Source: an uncultured Candidatus Saccharibacteria bacterium
GTDB lineage: Bacteria; Patescibacteriota; Saccharimonadia; Saccharimonadales; UBA10212
DNA: 64,000 nt
Reading direction: 5' to 3'
Assembly: GCA_964567555.1 (NCBI GenBank)
Contig: CAZMNA010000001.1
Location: 88,911-152,910, forward strand
The notes below the pieces were generated by a model. That model was not told the origin of the DNA. It did no database searches and saw only the letters and a list, made by a program, of their open reading frames with translations. Position 1 is the stretch's first letter. Each line of letters begins with the position of its first letter. This document shows, one piece after another, positions 52,663 to 59,988 of this stretch. Position numbers and translations under genes: made by a program.

Positions 52663-52703
52663 GAATTTAGGTTTTTGAACCTACCGTCCAGCGGCAGTAT
52701 AAT
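52663..52703 (+). promoter_or_regulatory. GAATTTAG motif site 2 plus TTGAAC-17-TATAAT promoter
   Basis: GAATTTAGGTTTTTGAAC (52663-52680), a 17-nt spacer, then TATAAT (52698-52703). Confidence 0.65.
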
Positions 52704-52817
52704 ATAGACATTCTTAGTAGAACTGTTGCGCGCTACTTTCGTCAGAGCGACTATATCGCAACCTAAGAACATTAATAAGCGACGAATCTTTACTAACTAA
52801 GGTAGAAAGGATTCGTA

Positions 52818-52988
52818 ATGGCAAAGGATATTAATCCGGAGCACGCCAAGTACTACGAGGACCACCTGAAACACTGGCGCTCGTGGGGTTCGTGGTTTAG
52901 CTGGGGCTCGCCAGTTGGACTGGGACTGTTCTTTGTTGCGGTCTGCTTTTGCATTTGGCTGCTGGGTAAAACCTTCAACTGGGGCTAG
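52818..52988 (+). CDS. 56-aa Trp-rich micro-protein with WGSPVGLG motif
   Basis: MAKDINPEHAKYYEDHLKHWRSWGSWFSWGSPVGLGLFFVAVCFCIWLLGKTFNWG. Has its own promoter and terminator. Confidence 0.55.
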   Translation: MAKDINPEHAKYYEDHLKHWRSWGSWFSWGSPVGLGLFFVAVCFCIWLLGKTFNWG

Positions 52989-52997
52989 CCCAAACCA

Positions 52998-53035
52998 AAA
53001 ACAGCGCTTTAACTTTAGGGCGCTGTTTTTATTTT
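52998..53035 (+). terminator. rho-independent terminator
   Basis: ACAGCGC-12 nt-GCGCTGT followed by TTTTTATTTT. Confidence 0.8.
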
Positions 53036-53063
53036 GTTAGGTTTTTGAGGGTATAATCTAAGC

Positions 53064-53243
53064 ATGAGATTTGAGGCTAAACAAGCTGTGCTAGCTATTC
53101 TAATTTTTATTATTGCCTTAGTGATTGGCCTGTGCGCGGGTTATAAGTGGGGGCGTCACAACACCATCAGCTGTCCAAGCGGCAGCATTTCTTATTACGA
53201 TAAGACCGGCAAAAATTTACTTTATAAAGATTGCAGTTATTAA
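53064..53243 (+). CDS. 59-aa single-TM micro-protein
   Basis: ATG 6 nt after TATAAT (53052-53057). MRFEAKQAVLAILIFIIALVIGLCAGYKWGRHNTISCPSGSISYYDKTGKNLLYKDCSY. Confidence 0.5.
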   Translation: MRFEAKQAVLAILIFIIALVIGLCAGYKWGRHNTISCPSGSISYYDKTGKNLLYKDCSY

Positions 53244-53262
53244 TCAGAATTGCTTGGGCGGG

Positions 53263-54141
53263 TTATGGTTCTATGTTGCCGGGGTAATCCAGCGGTACTC
53301 GGTCTGAAACTTGGCGCTGGTTCGGAAAGTCTTTAGTTAGCTTTTCCATATCTCCACCAGATAGATTCCAGCCCAAGACACCTAAGTTTTCCTCCAAGTG
53401 TTCAACGTGGGTGGTTTTAGGAATCGTAATAACGTTCGGTTGAGTTATCAGCCAATTAAGTGCAATTTGGTATGGAGTTTTGCCATATTTTTTTGCCATT
53501 TCGTCCAGAATTAGTGCTTTTTCCAGTGCACCTTTACTTAAAGGTCCCCAGGCGCAGAGTAAGACATCACTTTTCTGACAGTATTCAACCAATCCGTACT
53601 TCTCTGCTTCACGACAGTCCAAGCTGTAGTGCACCTGGTCATAAACTAGCTTGTTCTTGGTGTGTTTCTGGGCTTCATCAAAACGCCGTGGTGTGAAATT
53701 GCAAACTCCGATGTTTTTAACCACGCCCTGTTCCACGAGTTCGTCTAACGCTTTCATGGTCTCGGCAATTGGGTTAGCTGGGTAGCGGTGCAAAAGGTAA
53801 AGGTCAATGTAATCTGTATCTAATCTTTTTAGGCTGGCTTCAAACGATCTTAGCAAATCGTCGTGACGCTGATTTTCTGCCGAAACTTTTGTGGCAATTA
53901 TTAATTTTGAGCGGTCATAGCCTTTGATGGCTTGACCTACCAGTTCTTCCGCATGGCCTGCTCCATAAAGCTCGGCAGTATCAATATGTGTGATGCCGTG
54001 GTCAATAGCCGTTTTAATTGCCTCAATCTCGACTTCGTCATTGGAATAATCTGCCTCCATTCTGCCGCCCATTTCCCAAGTCCCAAGCCCATAGACCGGC
54101 AAGCTAAAGCCGGCTTTAAGAGTTTTGCTAGGTATCTTCAT
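53263..54141 (-). CDS. aldo/keto reductase
   Basis: GLGTWEMGG, HIDTAELYG and IGVCNF motifs. Confidence 0.9.
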   Translation of the reverse strand: MKIPSKTLKAGFSLPVYGLGTWEMGGRMEADYSNDEVEIEAIKTAIDHGITHIDTAELYGAGHAEELVGQAIKGYDRSKLIIATKVSAENQRHDDLLRSFEASLKRLDTDYIDLYLLHRYPANPIAETMKALDELVEQGVVKNIGVCNFTPRRFDEAQKHTKNKLVYDQVHYSLDCREAEKYGLVEYCQKSDVLLCAWGPLSKGALEKALILDEMAKKYGKTPYQIALNWLITQPNVITIPKTTHVEHLEENLGVLGWNLSGGDMEKLTKDFPNQRQVSDRVPLDYPGNIEP

Positions 54142-54175
54142 GCCTTTTAATTATAACCGCCCAGTTATACTGAGC

Positions 54176-55102
54176 TTAATTAACTTTGTGTTTATCTTGG
54201 TCGGTTCTCAATAAATTGAGGAGTGACTCGGTAGCCATGTCGCTAGTGAGCTTAATCTCAGTTTCGGTGTTGAAGGCGTTAGAACCGTTAAAGCAAAACC
54301 AGGCATTGAGCGGCAATTTATCAAACTCTTCGTTATTAATTGGGTCATCAGATATTGCCCGCAAGGTTCCGGCCTTCAGCCTTTGAAGCAGAGCGTTCTC
54401 GTCAATTACTTCGCCGTGGGTAAACGTAACCAACAATGCATCTTTTTTAATCTTGCGGATTTTATCTCCATCCAATAATCCTTGAGCTATTGCCGGTACC
54501 GCTACGTAAATAATGTCCGAGCTCTGTAAAAGCTCATCTAGCTCCACAAATTTTGCTTGGCCAGCATCGTCTCTTGTGTGTGGGCTCCAGTAACTAATTG
54601 CCGCCGGTTTGAACGGCTTGAGCATTTCCGCAATACGATGGCCAATCCGGCCAAAACCAACTATGCCAACAGTCTGGTTTTCTATGCCTTTTGAGGTACT
54701 AAACGCTTCTTTTCCTGTACGGCCAAGTTTTAGAAAACCGCGATTCATAAGAAGCGTAGCGCTAAGAGCCCATTCAGCGACGGCCTGGGTCGGCCCGTCT
54801 GGTGCATTGGCTATAGCGACTCCTTTTTTAGCGGCTAACTCCCATCCAGGAATAAAATTTTTGTAATCTATGCCAGTGAGAACAATAGCCTTTAGCTCAT
54901 CAGCGGCATCAATGACTTTATCGGTAACTTTTTCTATCCCGCCAAGAATGTAGCCAACTTTACCTTTGATGGCTTGGCATAATTCTTCTTCGGTTGCAGC
55001 CGGTTTGTCTAGCCGCTCCACTTCATAGCCAGCAGTTTCTAGCTTTTTGACGTGTTCGTCTTGGATGAACAAACTATCGGTAACTAGTATCTTCCCATTC
55101 AT
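54176..55102 (-). CDS. D-isomer-specific 2-hydroxyacid dehydrogenase
   Basis: GIVGFGRIGHRIAE NAD-binding motif. ATG follows TACAAT (55110-55115) by 7 nt. Confidence 0.88.
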   Translation of the reverse strand: MNGKILVTDSLFIQDEHVKKLETAGYEVERLDKPAATEEELCQAIKGKVGYILGGIEKVTDKVIDAADELKAIVLTGIDYKNFIPGWELAAKKGVAIANAPDGPTQAVAEWALSATLLMNRGFLKLGRTGKEAFSTSKGIENQTVGIVGFGRIGHRIAEMLKPFKPAAISYWSPHTRDDAGQAKFVELDELLQSSDIIYVAVPAIAQGLLDGDKIRKIKKDALLVTFTHGEVIDENALLQRLKAGTLRAISDDPINNEEFDKLPLNAWFCFNGSNAFNTETEIKLTSDMATESLLNLLRTDQDKHKVN

Positions 55103-55128
55103 GGTTCTAATTGTACCGCCAAACCGCG

Positions 55129-55163
55129 GAATTTAGATTTTTGAGTGGCCGCTTATGCTTGCA
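55129..55163 (+). promoter_or_regulatory. composite element: GAATTTAG site 3 plus GCTTATGCTTGCA copy 3
   Basis: GAATTTAGATTTTTGAGTGGCCGCTTATGCTTGCA. Coordinates cross-checked against track ORF 55111..55449. Confidence 0.55.
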
Positions 55164-55170
55164 GAAAGCT

Positions 55171-55449
55171 ATGCCAGAACTTACATTGATGGTGATGCAT
55201 CTATTTGAATTAAGAGGCCGACAGATATTTGTTGAATCTGGCCAGTTATATGAAAGTAGTTCTTGGGACGCCGCTCCGCTGGGGGAGGAAATTTCTGATG
55301 AAGTTCTGGTGGTCCGGGGTGTGATATATACTACTCGTGAAAAATCAATCCGGGTGCAAAAACCGTTTGCCTATGTTGATGAGGAGACGGATTCTGCGCT
55401 CGGCCTTTGGCTCGACGAAACAGTGTACCGGCCGGTTGCTGAAGAATAG
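55171..55449 (+). CDS. hypothetical protein (orphan O3, 92 aa)
   Basis: The track start 55111 (TTG) reads through the regulatory element. First ATG is at 55171. Acidic. Confidence 0.5.
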   Translation: MPELTLMVMHLFELRGRQIFVESGQLYESSSWDAAPLGEEISDEVLVVRGVIYTTREKSIRVQKPFAYVDEETDSALGLWLDETVYRPVAEE

Positions 55450-55490
55450 AAGCCCGCAGAATCTAAATTTCTGAGCGTATAATCCATTTT

Positions 55491-55625
55491 ATGGCTGAAC
55501 CATCCTCAGAATACCCGGCGGATCTTTTTGCCCGCGATGACGCAGAGACAAGAGCCCGGAAAATTGAAGCTGTAAGACAAGAACTGATAGACGCTGGCGA
55601 AAGCCCTGAAGACATTGCTGGCTAG
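55491..55625 (+). CDS. 44-aa acidic micro-protein
   Basis: ATG 7 nt after TATAAT (55478-55483). MAEPSSEYPADLFARDDAETRARKIEAVRQELIDAGESPEDIAG. GAATCTAAATTTCTGAG motif site 4 at 55459-55475. Confidence 0.45.
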   Translation: MAEPSSEYPADLFARDDAETRARKIEAVRQELIDAGESPEDIAG

Positions 55626-55708
55626 CTAGGGCAGCATCAGGACTGACTCCCACCCGTAGATAATTTATTAATTTCATATCTAATAATCACCCGGTTGTTT
55701 TGAGCGTC

Positions 55709-55721
55709 GCTTATGCTTGCA
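55709..55721 (+). promoter_or_regulatory. GCTTATGCTTGCA element, copy 4
   Basis: TTTTGAGCGTCGCTTATGCTTGCAAGAAGC parallels copy 3, TTTTGAGTGGCCGCTTATGCTTGCAGAAAGC. Confidence 0.55.
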
Positions 55722-55751
55722 AGAAGCACCAGCCTATCCCAAAATATTGAT

Positions 55752-56078
55752 ATGGGAATTGAGAGATTTTACCCAGAAGGCAGAAAACCACTTTATCCTG
55801 AAGCTACCGGTGCATACCTAGAAGATATCCCGAGAGAGGACAGCTTTGACATTGCTGCCGAGCTGGCCAAACACCCCTCCAGAGCCGCGGCATATGTAAA
55901 TGAGACGTTGGCGGCCAATCGATATACTCTGCAAGAGCTAGAGGCCAAAAGACGCGCCATCGCGTGGCGCGCATCAGTTTTAAGTTCGTTGAGCCCGGAA
56001 TTACTCGCGTCTCTACCGCCCGAAGTCCAAGCAGAGGTCAAAGAATGGGCCAGACGTCTACGAGAAGAAACCGCCTAA
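55752..56078 (+). CDS. hypothetical protein (orphan O4, 108 aa)
   Basis: The track ATG 55713 lies inside the element. ATG 55752 follows CAAAAT by 6 nt. Helical and Ala/Glu/Arg-rich. Confidence 0.5.
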   Translation: MGIERFYPEGRKPLYPEATGAYLEDIPREDSFDIAAELAKHPSRAAAYVNETLAANRYTLQELEAKRRAIAWRASVLSSLSPELLASLPPEVQAEVKEWARRLREETA

Positions 56079-56114
56079 CTGCCCTGTTATTTTGCATCCG
56101 TTCTTGTGAGCCTT

Positions 56115-57260
56115 TTACGCATCAACCTGCATTGGTAAGAAATTGTTTTGATCCAGTTGCATTACTATGCCAAGGGTTAAGGCGTTTCTGTTTAGTCTTA
56201 GCGTATACCTCCGACTCCCCCCCACAACAGGACGAATAAGACCTTGCTCTCTGAGCTTGCGTATTGCCTTAGAAATATTAACGTGGGAAACGTCTTTGGG
56301 GAATAAGTCTCGAAAATCACTTGCCTGGACAACACCTTTTTTGTTGGCTATCCCAAGCATCCCGAATTCCAGAGGGTTGATGCGTTTCTTATCTAATGCA
56401 TATTCTAAGGCGGGAACAACTATTCTATCGCGCGTAAATTCTTCATCCAGCAACCGAGTAACGTTATCTGCTTCGGTCTTTAAGCCTTGTAGCATATATT
56501 CGGACCACAAGAGCAGCCCATCTTTTGTGCCCTTGTCTGCATCAGCCAACATCGAGTAATATCCCTTGCGATTACTCCCAAATAGCGCAGTTGAGTTAAG
56601 CAATCGTCGACCTTCGGCATCAATAAAACCTTGTTGGGTAAGCATCGCATAGGTGAGTAAGCGAACAACTCGGCCATTCCCATTACCAAAGGGGTGGATC
56701 CAGGTAAAGCGATGATGAGCCACAGCGTCCTTTAGTAGATCGAAGTGAGATTCAACACTCGAATTAATAAATTCAATTAGCTCATTCATGAGGTCGTTAA
56801 CGTCTGATGCGGGTGGTGGTACATGGCTTGATCCCGATATGTACCGAGGTTCTATGCGATAAGCGCCCGATCTTTTGTCGCCCTCCTTAACAAGGCCTTC
56901 CACTGTGATGCGATGAAGTTGAAGGATGAAGCCCCGATCGATCCTAAAGCCTTTTGTTTGTTTTTCAATAAAACGGATTCCGTTCTCAAGATTAATAATT
57001 TCTTGAATTTCCTCCGCGGGATTTTTAGCCCCATCATCTTCGCGGACAGCCTCAACAAAGCTAGCCACAGTCGTATGATTTCCTTCAATACGAGCCGATG
57101 CGATGCTTTCGATTGTGTGAAAAATATTTTTCAGCTCAAAAAACAGCCAAGGTTTAGTTGTCCCAATTATTGGACGGTTTCTGAAGGTCTGGAGCTCCAC
57201 TACGCACTTGGTAATCGTGGAGTCAAAATCAGGCTTTGGTATGTATAATTTCGTACTCAT
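56115..57260 (-). CDS. fic: Fic family protein (class II, N-terminal inhibitory helix) with C-terminal wHTH
   Basis: Fic motif HPFGNGNGRVVR, inhibitory motif SARIEG upstream in the same chain, and a C-terminal HTH-like ISKAIRKLREQGLI. Confidence 0.9.
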   Translation of the reverse strand: MSTKLYIPKPDFDSTITKCVVELQTFRNRPIIGTTKPWLFFELKNIFHTIESIASARIEGNHTTVASFVEAVREDDGAKNPAEEIQEIINLENGIRFIEKQTKGFRIDRGFILQLHRITVEGLVKEGDKRSGAYRIEPRYISGSSHVPPPASDVNDLMNELIEFINSSVESHFDLLKDAVAHHRFTWIHPFGNGNGRVVRLLTYAMLTQQGFIDAEGRRLLNSTALFGSNRKGYYSMLADADKGTKDGLLLWSEYMLQGLKTEADNVTRLLDEEFTRDRIVVPALEYALDKKRINPLEFGMLGIANKKGVVQASDFRDLFPKDVSHVNISKAIRKLREQGLIRPVVGGSRRYTLRLNRNALTLGIVMQLDQNNFLPMQVDA

Positions 57261-57263
57261 GAT

Positions 57264-57392
57264 ATGTACCTAATCAGAATAGCAGATGTAACCAATACTG
57301 TCTATTAACACCTTAATTTAATATTCTTGTGCTCATATTATGTAACCATATACGTATTACATATGTAGCACGGACGATTATGGGATGTACCC
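57264..57392. repeat. five ATGTA(A/C/G)C repeats upstream of fic
   Basis: Repeats at 57264, 57286, 57340, 57363 and 57385, plus the palindrome TACATATGTA around 57357-57366. Confidence 0.5.
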
Positions 57393-57672
57393 TCACCCCT
57401 TAAGTAAATCTAGTGCTACCGTTCCACCGGAAAGGAGCCACGCTGCAGGCGGTTGATGCGTTTTGAGTTTTGGGTCCGGGCATCGGCTAAAACAGAAGGA
57501 CGAGCGAAGACGAAAAGTTGACGGCCAAACGCATGTTTGACCCGTCGGCTGGCGGGGAGTTCGGCTTGGCCCACTTTTTTGGCAAGCGAGTCCGCTCCAG
57601 TTTTAACGCAGCCCGGCGGTTTGCCACACTTTGCCGCTCAAAGTGTGAAAATTTTGGTTCTTTGAAAAAGAA

Positions 57673-58038
57673 CTACGGCGTCAAGCGGTTGATGTCGCGG
57701 ACTTCCTTATGTTGCTCGGCTGTCCAAGCCGGAGTACAAGCGGCTAACAAAACCAATTCTTCGCAGTCTTCGTAGCGGAACAGCTCCCCTTTTTCTATCA
57801 GTGCTTCGTCGCCCTGGTTCAGCTCGACGGATTCGTCCCTGGTAATTAACTTTCCGCGGCCAGAAATCACATACAAAAGTTCTTTGACATCTTCATTAAC
57901 TACAAAACCGCTGGCTGGATAATTGCCGTTAAGGGTAGCAACAGCTCCATCTATGTCTGGATCACCCAAGTTATATTCAAGAACATCCCCAGCCCCGATG
58001 TCTACTTTTTTAGCTTGGGATTTGGGAACGTATTTCAT
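57673..58038 (-). CDS. cupin domain protein
   Basis: 121 aa with a beta-rich pattern (ELLYVISGRGKL...GDEALIEKGELFRYE). Terminator-like hairpins downstream at about 57624-57670. Confidence 0.6.
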   Translation of the reverse strand: MKYVPKSQAKKVDIGAGDVLEYNLGDPDIDGAVATLNGNYPASGFVVNEDVKELLYVISGRGKLITRDESVELNQGDEALIEKGELFRYEDCEELVLLAACTPAWTAEQHKEVRDINRLTP

Positions 58039-58601
58039 TACTCTACGATTTTGAGGGCAAGTTCACGTATTAAAACTTCGTAGCCGTGCTCGTTCAAATG
58101 GACGCCGTCATTCACATGGTAACTCTCGTCTTTATTAAGCAGGGGCTTAAAGACCGCATGGGAATCCAGATACGCAACGCCGAGTTCTTTTAGTAACTTC
58201 TTTGCTTCATCATGATATTGCTGCACAACTTCAGGAAATCTCTTTTGATTTTCCCAGCCGTTTTCCGGGTGAACCGGCGGCGGCAAAAAATAAACTACTT
58301 TTGAGCCGGCAAACTCTTTGACTATTTTTGGAATGTTTTCAAGGAACTTTTCTAATGGAACTTGTTTCCATGGAGCAGCATCGTTGGTGCCAAAACCCAA
58401 AATAACTACATCCGGCTTGAGCTTAGAAATATACGGAGATTTTTTGAGGCCATCGTTTGTATCCCAGCCACTAACCGAGCAGTTATAAACATCTGCCCCC
58501 GGAACCTGTGCCTCAAGCTCCTTAACTAAATCTTTTCCCATGCCGGCTAATAGGCTATCACCGAATAGAATAACTTTCATTTTATTCGACTTTGATACCA
58601 A
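58038..58601 (-). CDS. SGNH/GDSL hydrolase family protein
   Basis: ILFGDSLLAG (block I), GTNDA (block III) and DGVHLN (block V). Confidence 0.85.
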   Translation of the reverse strand: MVSKSNKMKVILFGDSLLAGMGKDLVKELEAQVPGADVYNCSVSGWDTNDGLKKSPYISKLKPDVVILGFGTNDAAPWKQVPLEKFLENIPKIVKEFAGSKVVYFLPPPVHPENGWENQKRFPEVVQQYHDEAKKLLKELGVAYLDSHAVFKPLLNKDESYHVNDGVHLNEHGYEVLIRELALKIVE

Positions 58602-59970
58602 GTTCTTTGAGCTGCTCGGGCGTGATTGGTTTGGGGCCTTTCATGACGGCGGTTTGACCCTTGCCGGTCATTGGGAAGGCTTGGACTTCGCGCAAGTATT
58701 GTTCGCCTGTCAGGTTCATTAAATTACGCTCTACGCCCAGTGCAATTCCGCCGTGCGGCGGCACACCATATTTGAAGGCCTCTAACATGTGGCCAATGCT
58801 ATCTACCGTTTGCGCTTCCGAATATCCCATGACTTTATAAGTTGCGTGCAGAATTTCCGGCTTGTGGGCGCGAATGCTTCCGCCGCCGGATTCATAGCCG
58901 TTACAAACCAAGTCGTACTGAGTAGTCAAAATGTTTTCTATATTTTTGCCAGCCAGTAAATCATCTACATGCTCGGCGATTGGCATAGAAAACGGGTTGT
59001 GAGTAAAGGTCCATTTACCATCGTCTGTTTTCTCAAAGAACGGGAATTTATAAACCCAAGCGTAGGCCAGCGTTTTGCCATCTTTTTTCTCAGCATCACT
59101 TCTTAGGTCAAACTTATCGGCACCGAACTTTTTCATGGACTCTTCATAGGTAAAGCGCGGGAAAGGCTTTTCTTTGACTTTATAACCTAAGCCTTCCACG
59201 GCTTTGGTAACCATGGCCTCTACCATATCCATTACCGCGTCTTGGTCCACAAAGCTCATTTCTATATCTACCTGAGTGTGCTCAAAGCCGCGGTCGGCCC
59301 GGGGGTCTTCATCCCGGATGGCGCGAGCAATCTGGAAGTAACGCTCAAAGCCAGCCACCATCAGAAGCTGTTTGTATTGTTGAGGGGCCTGCGGTAAGGC
59401 GTAAAAACTGCCTGGATGCAGACGCGATGGCACCACAAAGTCGCGGCTGCCTTCCGGCGTAGATTCGGTTAAAAGAGGCGTCTCAATTTCGGTAAAGTCC
59501 TGGTTGAACAAATAGTCGCGGCAGGCTTGGATAAACCCGCTGCGCAGCCGCAAATTCTTTTGCATGCGCTCAGTGCGTAAATCCAAATAGCGATATTTTA
59601 GCCGGACATCCTCACCCACTTCGGAGCTATCTGCAGAAATTTCAAACGGCGGGGTTTCGCTGGCGGCTATCACTTCCAGCTTTTCTGCACCCAGCTCGTA
59701 CTTGCCCGTCGGCAAATCCGGGTTAACTTGGTCCGGCTTGCGTTCCTGAACCGTGCCTGTGACGGATATGACAAATTCCGGTCGCAGTTTATCGGCCTGT
59801 TTAAAAAGCTCATCATTGCCGCCCCAAAAAACAACTTGCAGTAGGCCGGCGCGGTCGCGCAGGTCTATAAATATAAGTTTGCCGTGGTCACGGCGGGCAT
59901 GTACCCAGCCACTGACAGTAATTTTTTTGCCAGCGTGAGCAGCCACGTCACGGGATAAGATACGTTCCAT
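58582..59970 (-). CDS. aspS: aspartate--tRNA ligase (compact, 462 aa)
   Basis: OB-fold N-terminus (GWVHARRDHGKLIFIDLRD) and class II motifs FYALPQAPQQYKQLLMV and FRDEDPRADR. No room for the bacterial insertion domain. Confidence 0.92.
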   Translation of the reverse strand: MERILSRDVAAHAGKKITVSGWVHARRDHGKLIFIDLRDRAGLLQVVFWGGNDELFKQADKLRPEFVISVTGTVQERKPDQVNPDLPTGKYELGAEKLEVIAASETPPFEISADSSEVGEDVRLKYRYLDLRTERMQKNLRLRSGFIQACRDYLFNQDFTEIETPLLTESTPEGSRDFVVPSRLHPGSFYALPQAPQQYKQLLMVAGFERYFQIARAIRDEDPRADRGFEHTQVDIEMSFVDQDAVMDMVEAMVTKAVEGLGYKVKEKPFPRFTYEESMKKFGADKFDLRSDAEKKDGKTLAYAWVYKFPFFEKTDDGKWTFTHNPFSMPIAEHVDDLLAGKNIENILTTQYDLVCNGYESGGGSIRAHKPEILHATYKVMGYSEAQTVDSIGHMLEAFKYGVPPHGGIALGVERNLMNLTGEQYLREVQAFPMTGKGQTAVMKGPKPITPEQLKELGIKVE

Positions 59971-59988
59971 CAGGTGTTATTTTATCAG

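Noticed and set aside
57518-57775. 85-aa TTG-initiated ORF between fic and the cupin gene
   Set aside because: It has no SD or -10-to-start geometry, overlaps the cupin gene's 3' end and terminator hairpins, and gives a basic low-complexity product.
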